A DNA stretch of 64,000 bases from Squalus acanthias (lineage: Eukaryota), in assembly GCA_030390025.1 (NCBI GenBank), contig CM059431.1, forward strand, positions 115,570,001 through 115,634,000, given 5' to 3'. The notes below the pieces were generated by a model. It saw only the letters and a list, made by a program, of their open reading frames with translations, had not been told where the DNA came from and made no database searches. The position numbers and the translations under genes were made by a program. This document shows positions 37,156 to 49,519 of this stretch, piece by piece; position 1 is the stretch's first letter; every line of letters begins with the position of its first letter.

Positions 37156-37192
37156 AGTTCTGATGAAAGGTCATCGACCTGAAACGTTAACT
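37156..37192 (+). ncRNA. Minimal type I hammerhead ribozyme motif in the Penelope 3' repeat
   Basis: AGTT-CTGATGA-A-AGGTC(ATC)GACCT-GAAAC-GT-T-AACT. Stem I AGTT/AACT, 5-bp stem II, palindromic ACGT stem III. Confidence 0.8.
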
Positions 37193-37321
37193 CTCTTTCT
37201 CTCTCCACGGATGCTGCCTGGCCTGCTGAGTTTTTCCAGCGTTTTCTGTTGTTATTTCAGATTTCCAGCATCCGCAGTATTTTGCTATCGTAGTTAATTA
37301 GCTACTTAGTAGGAAGATCAT

Positions 37322-38038
37322 AGGTCCCGATATTGATGGGCGGGTTTTCCGAGCGGGGGATGAGGTGATGTTCGGCCAGGAGTTTGAACTCCACAGCCTG
37401 CGTTTATTTTTTTGACAGGATTCCCGCCCAGAAGTCAGCCTGATTGACAAGCTTCCAGTCAGGCGCGGATCGCTCTGGAGCAGGCCGCCGTTGCAGGTAA
37501 GGAGCCTGCAGCTGCTAGTGGGAGCATGGTTGGTGGTGGTGGTGGGGGATCCGATCTCGGTGGGTGAGGGGGGGTGGTCCAATCCCCAACCCCGGGGGTG
37601 CTCCGATCCCCGATCCCAGGTGGGTCTTTGTAGGTGGATATCTGATGAGGGGTTCCACTCCCAGGGAAGGAGGTAAGCTTGGGGGGCTGAGGGGAAGCAC
37701 TCCTGCTCCTCCTGCCCCACAAGCACTGCTGTAAATGCACTTACCTTTTCCTCGGAGCTGTCCACACCTCCCTTGAGCTGCCGGATTTCCCAAAGTTTGG
37801 GAAATCTGGCTGGCCAGGGTTAAATCTGCAAAGCAGGTTAAATATGAGGATTCCAGCCTCATTATAACAGTATATGTAGTCTCCTGGGAGCAGGTTGGCT
37901 GCCCGCTCTTGGTCCTGCCTCCGTTAAACCCAGATGTGGGTGGATTGGAGGCGGGTTGAGGTCGGGTTTGAGATTTAAAAAAGTTTTACCTCCCACTCGA
38001 CCCCAACCCACCCATTTTTAGGGATTAAAATTCACCCC
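37322..38038. mobile_element. Harbinger-type MITE
   Basis: Homologous to 21335-21947. Right end TTAAAATTCACCCC; left TIR degenerate. Confidence 0.65.
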
Positions 38039-38299
38039 ATTATATCCAATCGCAAACATTTCATGCCATTGTGAGAAGATGACTTCTTGCAACATCGAAT
38101 AATATGGGGTGACACTCTATAGCGGTGGTGGGGGGGGCGTAGCTAAAGCAGCTATTAGGGTGTCACCTGCTCCCACATCAAAGGGTGGTCATTCGCCGCA
38201 GGGCAGGACCTCTGATTGACAGCTTGGTGGATCAACTACCTCAATCTCATCGACTTAAGGGGGGCAGTTTCTAGAGAGCTCTCCCGCTCTCTCTCTGGA

Positions 38300-38835
38300 G
38301 CACTGTGCACAGTTTCGGTCTCCTTATTTAAGGAAGGATATACTTGCCTTAGAGGCGGTGCAACGAAGGTTCACTAGATTGATCCCTGGGATGAGAGGGT
38401 TGTCCTGTGAGGAGAGATTGAGTAGATTGGGCCTATACTCTCTGGAGTTTAGAAGAATGAGAGGTGATCTCATTGAAACATACAAGATTCTGAAGGGGAT
38501 TGACAGGGTAGATGCTGAGAGGTTGATTCCCCTGGCTGGAGAGTCTCAGGATAAGGGGCCAGCCTTTTAAGACTGAGATGAGGAGGAATAACTTCACTCA
38601 GAGGGTTGTGAATCTTTGGAATTCTCTGCGTCAAAGTGCTGTGGATGCTCAGTCGTTGAGTATATTCAAGGCTGAGATAGATAGATTTTTGGACTCCAGA
38701 GGAATTGAGGGATATGGAGATCGGGCGGGAAAGTGGAGTTGAGGTCGAAGATCAGCCATGATTTTATTGAATGGTGGAGCAGGCTCGAAGGGCCGTATGG
38801 CCTACTCCTGCTCCTTATTCTTCTGTTCTTATGTT
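38300..38835 (+). mobile_element. CR1 3' fragment
   Basis: QRRFTRLIPGMRGLSCEERLSRLGLYSLEFRRMRGDLIETYKI, with tail TTCTTCTGTTCTTATGTT. Confidence 0.93.
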
Positions 38836-39434
38836 ATCTTTCTCTTTCTCTCAGTCACAAAGGGTGATCTGTGCTCTCACAGCAGCAGCAAGAAGTTCTT
38901 CTTGTTTGAAAAATTCTGGACCAACTTAGCTTCAGTAGTTTAGCTAGAAAAGGTGAGTCAGTATTCCAAGAGTCAGTAAGGTGCATCTTTATTGTATTCC
39001 ATAACTAAGGAGCATAGAGAAATTGATTGTACTCACAGTGAACATTGTGCACTGTTCATTCATGCATTTTATATAAATAAATCAGTGATGGTCTGAAGAT
39101 GTGCCTCAGCTCAGTAAAAGGCTATTTCAGTTTGCCTTTCTTAAAAGAAAGGAGAATTCACGTGGGACATGTGTCATATTTCAGTAGCTGCTGTACAGAG
39201 TAAGTGCTCTCTGTTACGATCACTAGTTCTTGCGATCGGTTACATAGATATTGGGCAGTAAAAGGCGTACTCCAGATCATAAGCATGGAATTGACCCAAG
39301 CTGAACCCAGAGAATATCGAGTTGAGCCAATTCTATTGCAGTGGGAACAGGAAGCAACTGCGTATGTGCAAGTATGTGCACACCCTGTTGCTTCAAAAAT
39401 CTTGACTTTTTTTCCTCTTCCCTGGATCTAGCGA

Positions 39435-39886
39435 GTCAGCTGTGGCTCAGTGGGTAGCACTTTTATCTCTGGGCCAGAAGATTGTGGCTTCAAGTCCTAC
39501 TACAGAGACTTGAGCCCAAAAGTCTTGACTGATACTCCAGTGCAGTACTGAGGGAGCGCTGCACTGTCGGAGGTGCTGTCTTTTGGATAAGACGTTAAAC
39601 CAAGGCTCTGTCTTCCCTCTCAGATCCTATGGCATTTTTCGAAGAAGAGCCGGGGAGCTATCCCCGGTGTCCTGGCCAATATTTATCCCTCAATCAACAT
39701 CGCTAAAACAGATTATCTGGTCATTATCTCATTGCTGTTCGTGGGAGCTTGCTGTGCGAAATTAGCTGCTGTGTTTCCTACATTACAACAGTGACTACAC
39801 TTCAAAAGTACTTAATTGGCTGTAAATCACTTTGGGAGGTCCTGAGGTTATGAAAAGGCGCTATATAAATGCAAGTTCTTTCTTTC
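39435..39886 (+). mobile_element. Near full-length DeuSINE (SacSINE1-like)
   Basis: A box TGGCTCAGTGG, B-box-like CTTCAAGTCC, Deu-like domain, tail GGCGCTATATAAATGCAAGTTCTTTCTTT. Confidence 0.88.
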
Positions 39887-40089
39887 TCCTTTCTGCGATG
39901 GTTAGGGAAGGTCCATATAGACCAATGAATGGAAAACAGCATTGCTGGTCTGTTTTAGCTATCCTTTTCTTCAGTTAGATCTTGGTGTCACCAGAGACAG
40001 TGGCACTGTTTTATTTGCCTCATGCCATTGCCAAAGTTACAAATGTCACTGGTAGCAGCACTTCAAGATAAATGCAGTAAAAACTGACA

Positions 40090-41570
40090 AAATTCTCTCT
40101 GGACCTACCTGAACAACAACAGCAACCAATGTCCTTAATGTAGAAAAATGACCTGAGGCACTTCACAGAGATGTAATCAGACCAAAATGGTTGCCCAGCC
40201 AAAGAAGGAGATATTAGGAGGTAAGGAGGGTCTTAAAGGAGGAGAGGGAGGTGAAGAGGTGGGATGGTTTAAGTAGGGAATTACAGAGCATGAGGCCTAA
40301 ATAGCTGAAGGCACAGCCATCAATGATGGGGCAAAGTGGGTACAGAAGAGGCCAAAGTTGGAGGAACAGAAAGTTCTAAGGTTGTAGAGCTGGAAGCGGT
40401 TACATAGATAGGGAGGTGCGAGGCCTTAAAAGGATTTAAATTAAGGGAGGAGAAGTTTAAACTAGGAGCATTGGTGGACTGGGAGTCAATGTAGGTCAGT
40501 AAGGACAGAAATGATAGGTGAGTGGGACTTGGTGTGGGATAGTATACAGGCAGCTGATTTTTGGATGAGCCCAAGTTTCTGGAGGGAAGCTGGCCAGGTG
40601 AGTATTGGAATAGTTGAGTCTGACGGTGAAAAAGGCATGGATAAGAGTTTCAGCAGGGGGCAATGATACGGAGGCGGAAGTAGATGGTCTTTGTGATGAA
40701 GAAAATGTGGGTTGGAAACTCAGATCAGGGTTGAATAGGACACTGAGGTTACGAACAGTCTGATTCAACCTGAGACAGTGGCCATGAAGGGGGATGGAAT
40801 CAATGGCAAGGGTACGGAGTTTGTAGTGGGTGCAGAAGACAATGGCTTTGGTCTTGCCAATGTTTAACTGGAAGAAATTGCAGCTCATCCAAGACTGGAT
40901 GTTGGACAAGCAGTCTGACAGCACGGAGGCAGTGGAGGAGTCAGCAGAGGTGGTGAAGGGTTAGAGCTGGGTGTCATCAACATACACATGGGAGTTGACT
41001 ACTAGTCTTTGGATGTTGTCTCCAAGGGGAGCATATAGAAGAGGAAGAAGAGGTGGCCACAGATAGACCTTTGGGGGACTTCAGGGGACTGGGAGTAGTG
41101 TTAATTGCTGGTGATGCTCTGGCTATTATTGGATAATAATAGTCAGAGCGGAACCGAGAAAAGGCAGTCCCACCGAGCTAGAGAATGGAGGAAAGGTAGA
41201 GTGGTCACCTATGTCAAAGGCTGCAGAGAGTGATTGAGGAGGACAAGGAAGGAAAATGCACCATGGTGCAGTCACAGAGGATATCATGTGTGACTTTGAT
41301 TAGGGCTGTTTCAGTGCAGTGGCAGTGGCCGATACCTGATGGAGAGATTCAAGTATGGTCACAAATTTGGGAGGCAACAACGTGTTCAAGGATTTTGGAG
41401 AGGAAAGGAAGGCTGGAGATAGGGCAGTAGTTTGCAAATATAGAGGGGGGTCAAGGGTGTTTTTTTTGAGGAGGGGGTGATAATGGTTATTTTGAAAAAG
41501 AGAGGGACAGTAGCTGAGAGGGAAACATTTACAACATCAGAGAGCATGGGAGCCAGGAAAGGAAGTTGCA
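40090..41570 (-). mobile_element. Decayed L2 LINE fragment
   Basis: LSDCLSNIQSWMSCNFFQLNIGKTKAIVF...ETLIHAFFTVRLNYSN. Confidence 0.85.
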
Positions 41571-42905
41571 TGAGAGGAGTTCATGATGGGACACCAAATC
41601 CAGATACAACGACACCTGAGGCATCATGTGCACAATTGTTAGTACTGCAGGAGCCATAATTATTGAGCCCGACACTCTTATCTGGAGACCTGTCTTTGCT
41701 ATCTACGGATGTCCAGGAATATTCAAAGCCACTATACATGCAACGCACGATAAGAGTTCACCAAGAAAACAGACATAGATAGCAGATGGGTGCAGCTTTA
41801 AGAAGCTCTGGATAAGTTTGCAGCAATAGAGCAAAGAAGCACTTAAAATAGGTGGAAAGATACAGAGCAGCTACTTATTAGAAGTGAAAGCAGATGTGTG
41901 GACATTAAGAGAAAAGGACCAACATGACAACCGTGCCTCCCATGCAGTGCCCATTTCATACTGATGCTGAACATCTGGACTGCCATTTAGGTGGTCAGAT
42001 TATGGGACTATGGCCTCATTAACATTTTTTGCAGACCTTAAGGAGTATAGCACACAACAGATGTGTAGGTTCTCAGTGCCACAGGTACATTTTGACCACA
42101 TCATCCTGCACTGAGCACAACAGGCGTTCAGCAGGCCTGGGGCTTCAGTGCTCAATAATATATAGTTCTGGCACTCAATGCAACAGCAGTACAGGTGCCC
42201 AACATCACAACATTCTAGTTTTCCTTATGTTGAATCTATGCCATTTAATTTTGGAATTCTGCATACTGCAAAAAAACTTGCTTCCAGGTAATGGACAAGT
42301 GGAAAAAAAATTCTATTTTCTGTTCAAATCTGTTCGGAAACATTTAAAAGCTCTCTAATAGTCCAGACAAAAACATAGCTCGCCAAGGTAGAATGCTTCC
42401 CCCAAGACCACAAGTAAACTACAGGAGAGCGCAAACACATATCTAACAGGAGCAGTTGACCCAGGGAGTTGCTATTAACATGAGGCAGGTAGGTGCTAGA
42501 GATGTGCCAGTGGTGGCCATTGTGCCCACCTGACCCCCATGCAAATAAGGGGCCCTCCCACTGACCCCGCAAACTCCATTGGGGTCAGCACTGTCTGCAG
42601 GGCACCGACAGGCACGATCATGTCCTGAGGGATTTTGGGGCCAAAGCATAGAAATCGCGAGTCACTGCTGCAGGCGTGGAGTCTCACCAGATGTGAGTGT
42701 TTGAGATAATGCTGCAACATCATCGCCCGACTCTGCCTCCTGTGCTCATGCCTCGTGAGGCTCTGTGCTGGTAGTCTACCCTACAAAATAAGACCCAGGA
42801 GGTTTCTGTCAATCACTCCCACAAACAACATGAAAATGACCGGACTTTTGGTGAAACTTCCAAAATTGTATTGCACATCTACCGAGCAGGTGACAGACTG
42901 TTGAG

Positions 42906-43098
42906 GGCTGATCTTGAATCTGCGTGCTATTTTTAGCAAATGGATTAACATGTTTGAATGAAATTCCCATGGTAGCTATTTTAACAAGGTTGTTAACTGA
43001 CTTAAAATTAAAAGGTTAACAACTTCATTAAATTAGTGAACACAGGAATTTTAGCCGTTTTGTTAAAAATAGCTCATAGGGTCACTTTAAAATCCTTA
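42906..43098. repeat. Degenerate fold-back element (MITE-like)
   Basis: Nested inverted pairs GCTATTTTTA/TAAAAATAGC, AAATTCC/GGAATTT and GTTGTTAAC/GTTAACAAC. Confidence 0.6.
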
Positions 43099-44204
43099 GT
43101 TGTATCATTAGTATGTACGGTAATTTAAATGCACATTTACATTGGAATTAACTGAATTGGCACAAAATACTGATTTTTTTTCTCTCTTCTTTCTGAATTA
43201 GCCTTTCTAATTCAAAACCAATTCAGGTTCAGAAATGAATTCAGAGCTCACCCCTGATAATGTGACATCCAAGTTAGAGAGTTTTGGATAATCAATTCAG
43301 TTCCTCTTAAATGCCCCATGTTGTTTTATGTTGTTAACTAAAACAGTTCTATAATTTGAACTGAAATGATATGACTAAAGCAGCATTGCTCGAGGTTTTA
43401 GTTTTCACACCACTGAGGGAATGAGCGGATCCCTGGCCAGATGCCTGTTTACTTTTCTTTCAGCATTGAAGTTGAACGCCTCATTTGTAGAAGTAATGAG
43501 ACCATTGTAATTCACCCAATGCATCCCTGCTGTTTGTTTCACACAAATCTACATAATTAAATATGCTTAAGATTCTTCATCAAACTCTGCTTTATACCCT
43601 GATCAGTCTGTTACAGTTTGAGATGGGGAAAGGGCAAAATTGAACAAGCAGGAGACCAGCATATTTCATAGAAACAACAAAAATCATTGTTTTTTAAAAA
43701 AAAAAATTGAAAGTAAAAGCAAAAGGGAAATAGTTAAAGTGTAGTAAATTCACATGCACCCCTCGAGGAAGCAAGGCAGTGGCCATGGGAATAGAAAATT
43801 CCTTTGACGGTGTTCCTGCCAAGTTTTTGGCATGTCCTTGGCCAAGTAGGAGTTGTATTGCTGAAGTCTACTGAGACTAGAGAAAGGATGAATTGAATTT
43901 AGTTCTCCTTTGTGAACACTGGGAGAGAAAAGGACACGGCAAAGCTTTTATTGACTAAACTCCAAATCTAGTGTGTCAAACTGGGAAATTGCTCAGTCAG
44001 ATGAAAGCCAAAAGTGGCCTGGTCTTAGTGCGGCTGAGGCAGTGGAATCAATTCAGAAAACAACAGTGCAGTTTAGTGGCTGCAAGGCAGTGAAATCAAT
44101 AGAAAAGTATACAGCCGAACTGCTGAGCTGAATTCAGAGAAACTTGTGGGTTTTTTCCAATAATCTTGGTTTATGACACTGATTATTGAGCAGCCACTAT
44201 TTTT

Positions 44205-44487
44205 TCAACAACTACAACTTGCATTTATGTAATGCCTTTGAAGTTGTAAAACGTCCCAAGACGCTTCACAGGAGTGATATCAAACAAAATTTAACACCGA
44301 GCCACATAAGAAGATATTGGGACAGGTGACCAAACACTTGGTCAAAGAGGTAGGTTTTAAGGAGCATGTTAAAGGAGGAGAGAGAGACGGAGAGGTTCAG
44401 GGAGGGAATTCCAAATCTTAGGGCCTCGGCAGCTGAAGGCATGGCCGCCAATGGTGGAGCGGTGAAAATTGGAGATGTGCAAGAGAC
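44205..44487 (-). mobile_element. L2 3' end
   Basis: CAACAACTACAACTTGCATTTA...GAGCCACATAAG...GGTCAAAGAGGTAGG. Confidence 0.88.
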
Positions 44488-44714
44488 ACTTCTTCTCCCA
44501 GCTGAGATCAGCTAACAGTCTGGTGAAGGGATTAAACCTTGAGACCCTCCTCTCTACGTGGTTTAGGACAAGCAATGCACTGAATCCATTCGAGCTTTGG
44601 GGAAGCTCTACATTAAAAATTGTTTAAAAATGAACCAATAACCAAATTGTTTATTTAGAATTCCATGTTAAAAGAACTGCATCATATTAAAAACCAAAAT
44701 TTCCTATGATCCTT

Positions 44715-44865
44715 GGGCAGAATTTCCTCTTCTGTGTTTGGGCGTTAAATAATTGGAGTGCATAAAAAAATTGGGGTCGAGTGAATCACACTCCTGCAAT
44801 ATAGCCCACCCAATTTTCTACAGAGGATTATTTCACACCAAGCAAAAAAAAAGGAAATTCTGCCC
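44715..44865. mobile_element. 151-bp Harbinger-type MITE
   Basis: Perfect 14-bp TIR GGGCAGAATTTCCT/AGGAAATTCTGCCC with flanks CTT/CAT. Confidence 0.75.
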
Positions 44866-45684
44866 CATAAATACTCTCCAGTCTTCTTGTAATACAACCC
44901 GAGGTGATCACTTTTGGAGTTATAATAAGATGTGTCCTATAACTTACCTTAACATTATCTTTATCATGTTATCAGAACTTTGTGATAAGTAGAAGTGTAA
45001 CCAACAACACCACTGTGGAATGATATAAACTTAAGCAAACTGCTCTTTGAGAATGGCTTTCTTTTATAATTGGGGTGTTACCCACACGCTGTTAATTTTA
45101 GACCGCACGTTATGGTGTCATCTCCATGAGAACAAAGAGTACTGTCAGAACAATGGAACATCACCGGACTCTGCACATCAATATACTTCCCTGTGAAAAT
45201 CAATGTATCGGCTTTCAATTCTGATCATTTTAATATTAATTCTTTAGTTGGTGTGCGATGCGAACAGAATATATGATAAAAAGCAGTGAAATATGATGTA
45301 TAGCCCACTTGAATCACTGACCATTACTTTGTCACTTGTGAGTTATTAGGGCAGCCCACTTATGGCATGTAGATTGTATCCCCCGACTCTGTCATTTATA
45401 CAGAAGATTATAGATGGTGGGAAATGATGTTGTGGTCCTGTTTATACTGTGGGGCAATTTTATCAGTAACAAAGAGAAAATTGTACACTGGTAGCATTTT
45501 CCCTCCTGCAACTCTACACATCTCTCATTATTGCTCCTTATTGAACTTATAGTGGGATCCAGTGCCATTGCTGACAGCAGCTCTCATGTATCTTAGAAAA
45601 ATAACAATTTGTCATGTGTGAATCTGTTCAGTGTCTGTGGGCTATTTGACTTTCGGGACTGTCACAATCGAACCTGATAGAACA

Positions 45685-46094
45685 AAAAACTTGCCTTTAT
45701 ATAGGTGCCTATCATCACCTCAGGATATCCCAAAGTGTTTCACAGCCAATGAAGCACTTTTGAAGTGTAGTCACTGTTGTAATGTAGCTGTCACGTTTCC
45801 CTACATTACAACAGTCAAGAGTTAACCAGATAATCTGATTTAGTGATGTTGGTTGAGGGATAAATGCTGGCTAGGAGAACTCCACTATTCTTATTCAGAC
45901 ACGGGATGAATTCCACCTGAGAGAGCAGACAGAGCCTTGGTTTTACATCTCAACCAAAAGACAGCACCGCTGACCATGCAGCTCTCCCCCTGTCCTGCAC
46001 CAGAGTGTCAGTTTAGATTATGCATGCAAGTTTCTGAAATGGGGCTTGAATCCACAATAATCTGATTTAAAGGCGAGAGTGCTACTACTGAGAT
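45685..46094 (-). mobile_element. Diverged DeuSINE
   Basis: Reverse complement of the family: ACTTGCCTTTATATAG...CCAGATAATCTG...GGGCTTGAATCCACAA. Confidence 0.8.
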
Positions 46095-46330
46095 TCTGTC
46101 TTCACCTGGCATCCACACAGACACTTCTTGCAGGGGTCACCGGATAGCAATCAGGGACAATAAACACGCGCCAATTTTTTTCGCCTGGCCTAGTCCAGGG
46201 ACACTGAGGCCAATTGTAGTTTCCCTGCCACTGCCTTGGCTGAGATCATCGAACTGCACAGACCAGGGATTGAAGCCATGACCTTGTTAGTCTGCATGGC
46301 TTAGTACCATGCCTTTTATCACCACCCATT
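46095..46330 (-). mobile_element. AmnSinE2-like SINE 5' half
   Basis: CAGGGGTCACCGGATAGCAATCAGG...CTGAGGCCAATTGTAG...GCTGAGATCA...CACAGACCAGGGATTGAA. Confidence 0.65.
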
Positions 46331-46394
46331 CATTTAGCACATGAACTTTAAATACAATCGTAAGCATAGTTTTTATACTGGTAAGAAGTAAGGT

Positions 46395-47190
46395 TCTGTC
46401 TTCACTGTCGCTGGGTCAAAACATTGGAACTCCCTGCCTAACAGTGTTTTGGGAGCAGCTTCAGCATACAGGCTGCAACAGTTCAAGAAGCAGGCCCATC
46501 ACGACCTTCTCAAGGGCAACTAGGGATTTGTAATAAATGCCGACTCCGCTGCTGAAACCCTCATCCATGCCTTTGTTACCTCTAGACTTGACTATTCCAA
46601 CGCACACCTGGCTCGCCTCCCACATTCTACCCTACGTAAACTTGAGGTCATCCAAAACTCGGCTGCCTGTGTCCTAATTCGCACCAAATCCCGTTCACCC
46701 ATCACCCCTGTGCTCGCTGACCTACATTGGCTCCCAGTTAAGCAGCGCCTTGATTTCAAAATTCTCATCCTTGTTTTCAAATCCCTCCATGGCCTCTCCT
46801 CTCCCTATCTCTGTAATCTCCTTCAGCCCCACAACCCCCCTGAGATATCTATGCTCCTCTAATTCTGCCCTCTTGAGCATCCCTGATTATAGTCGCTCAA
46901 CCATTGGTGGCCGTGCCTTCTGTTGCCTAGGCCCTAAGCTCTGGAATTCCCTGCCTAAACCTCTGCGCCTCTCTACCTCTCTTTCCTCCTTCAAGACGTT
47001 CTTTAAAACTTACCTCTTTGACCAAGCTTTTGGTCACCTGCCATCATTTCTCCTTATGTGGCTCGGTGTCAAATTTTTTGTGTTTTAATACTCCTGTGAA
47101 GCGCCTTGAGATGTTTTACTACGTTAAAGGCGCTATATAAATACAAGTTGTTGTTGATGCCAGTGATGCCCACATCCCAAGAATGAAAAA
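46395..47190 (+). mobile_element. Zenon-like LINE 3' tail split by an L2 insertion
   Basis: GGAACTCCCTGCCTAACAG...AATAAATGCC, then after the L2, GCCAGTGATGCCCACATCCCAAGAATGAA. Confidence 0.75.
46543..47156 (+). mobile_element. Relatively young L2 3' fragment
   Basis: AETLIHAFVTSRLDYSN...LADLHWLPVKQRLDFKIL, with tail TATATAAATACAAGTTGTTGTTG. Confidence 0.93.
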
Positions 47191-47214
47191 TAGGAAAGTG
47201 AATGTTTATTTTAC

Positions 47215-47480
47215 TTCCGTCCTTTTCTGTCAATTTTCTCACTTGTCCTCCTCTCCCGAAGATGCTGACTCCTTGCCTGGCCTTGGCTGTATGGTGGTAG
47301 TCATCTTTGGGTATCTCTTCTGAATGCCATGCTTCATGGTTATGTGAGCCTGACAGTTAATGATGGCAGGCTATTCCATCGCAACATCATCACTACTGAA
47401 CCCAGTCCTATCCTTGCATCATATCCACTGATGCATACTTGTAGCAGGGGTTGGTGAACAGCAATCAAGACTGAGGAACG
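47215..47480 (-). mobile_element. AmnSINE2-like 3' half
   Basis: GATGCTGACTCCTTG...ATGTGAGCCTGACAGT...GGCAGGCTATT...CAGCAATCAAGA. Confidence 0.55.
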
Positions 47481-48459
47481 TACTCTGCCTGTTTTACCTA
47501 TGTAATTAAGATATATGGTGCCACCTTTGAAAGTCATGCCTAAAGCTGCATTCACTTTACAGTGCTACCACTCCAAGCAATGGCAACTTTGGATTCGGCG
47601 CTACAAGCAAGCTAAATGAGACAGCATCGCTGCCTCCAGAGAACTGGTCCCTCTTTAAGAGTTTTTTTTTCTCTCCATATCAGGAACTGCAGAGGCAGAG
47701 CTGCCCACATAGTTCTGACCGCTATTTTGTCTGACTCCAGTCACACTCAGTGTGAAGCTCAACCATAAGCATTTCCTTCTTGCTGAACGATGGGGACCGT
47801 CCCCACTATCCGCACAGGCCCACGACCAGAAGTGAAAATTGCAACTGCTTACACAGTTTTACTGTGGAATCTGCCTCGCAATGGGTGATTCCACAGCTAT
47901 CGCCAGTCAAGACTTTACCAGGATCACTTTCGTAGGAGGGGATCTTTAGCATTAACGCATCAGCTCTGTTTATTATCTGCAGGGTAACCGTGAAAACAAT
48001 AAGCACTTTTTATTCAGTTTTGTGAGTTGTTTTTGTTTTATACCACGGTCATTTAATTTTATTATCGCTATTAGAGATAACACTGTGTGCATGACTCAAG
48101 GACAACAAGCTATAATCAGAAAATCAGAGGCAATCTCGCCACAATCTATGATAAGGGGCTGATTATGTGCTGACTGGTGCAGTAACCACAGGAGCTCCCT
48201 GCTTGGGTGTTCCACACACCTGCAGTACAAGGACCTGTCTTCTCACTATAAAGTGCTGTCAGCTCACTTCAAAAATTGTCAGTGCATGATGCGCTTGGGA
48301 AGGTGCAGGGGGGCAGGGAATGGGTTATCCAGCACCAGCAGCTCTTAAAGGGCTGTTGGTGCCCTGAAAGCTGACCTGCTCATAAAAGAGTAATAAAATG
48401 GCTGAAGGAAGGGAATGAGTGAGAACTGCTTCATTCAATCAAGAAGCTTTGGAGGCCGT

Positions 48460-48980
48460 GCTACTAATAAGCAGAGAAAATGAGTTCAAATATTCACCAT
48501 GGCAGTTTGAGAATTTGACTTCAATTTTACAAAAAATCTGGAAATAAAAAGCTGGCATCAGTATAGTGGTCATGATGCGGAGATGCCGGTGTTGGACTGG
48601 GGTGGACAAAATTGAGAGGTGTTGTGCGACCTCTCAATCAGTATAGTGACCATGAAGCTGTTGGATTGTCGTACAAATCCAACTGGTTCACTGATGTCTT
48701 TTAGGAAAGGAAATCTCCTGTCCTTACCCGGTCTGGGCTATATATGACTCAAGTCCCACACTACTGTGGCTGGCTTTTAACTACCCTCTGAAATCGCCTC
48801 CTCAGTTGTATCAAACCGCTGCAAAAAAAACAATAACAAGCAGCATTGTGGGTGTGTCTTCACCACACGGACTGCAGCAGTTCAAGAAGGAGGCCCACCA
48901 CCACCTTCTCAGGGCAACTAGGGATGGGCAATAAATGCTGGCCTTGCCAGTGATGCCCGCATCCCAAGAATGAATAAATT
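48460..48980 (+). mobile_element. tRNA-SINE with Meta-domain-like body and Zenon-like LINE 3' tail
   Basis: B box GAGTTCAAAT, then CTGGTTCACTGATGTCTTTTAGGAAAGGAAATC...TCCTTACCCGGTCTGG. Tail CACCACACGGACTGCAGC...CATCCCAAGAATGAATAAA as in the LINE. Confidence 0.8.
48576..48636. mobile_element. 61-bp Penelope-type terminal insertion with internal inversion
   Basis: 19-bp TSD with 2 mismatches at 48557-48575 and 48637-48655. Sequence shared with 10091-10150. Confidence 0.75.
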
Positions 48981-49519
48981 AAGAGTTCTATTTTCCCCCA
49001 TAACATTCCGACGCAGAGCCTCGCACGCATATCAAGAATTCAGATCTGCACCTTCATGATATTTCATCCCGTAATTTTAATTAAAGGTGGCAATTTATTC
49101 AATAACGGAGAGGAAGGTATGTGCATAATCAGGTTTTACTATCCAGAATTGTTTTCGCCTGAGGTAAAGCTCGAGTCCACAGTTGTCTAAGTAAAAGTCA
49201 GTTTACTGTATTAAAGTTAAAATGTAAAAATATGCATGAACCAATTAACTACAAAGCTTAATGATCTAAAAAGTTTAAATTAGAATGTCACACCAGCAGC
49301 TGCTAAAAGTTTTTGTAGAGATGCACAGAGGAAAAAAAAGGCTCTGGAATTAAGGTGACAGATATACCAGAGTTATACTCCATATGGCGTCAAGCCTAAG
49401 TTGTTTGAGATGGCCTCGCTGAGGAAGTCTCACACTGCAGCAGAATTACATTGTCACTTTTATGCTACTGACGAGCACGTGGAAAGTCTACCCCTTTAAG
49501 TCCACCCGACTGTTTTTAA

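Larger units (their letters stand above)
34757..37291 (+). mobile_element. Young 5'-truncated Penelope-like retroelement (RT + GIY-YIG endonuclease, 3' repeat)
   Basis: IKPADKGG, FYLLPKIHK, GRPIVS, MDVQSLYTSI, GVAMGTRMGP, FRYIDD, LPFLD, then NLVYCIRCS*CGLLYIGET...RFAEH...GLN. Confidence 0.97.

Noticed and set aside
39435..39510. tRNA genes at SINE heads (also near 21270-21334, 55290-55364 and 60150-60228)
   Set aside because: A/B boxes are present but there is no full cloverleaf, and each continues into a SINE or LINE body.
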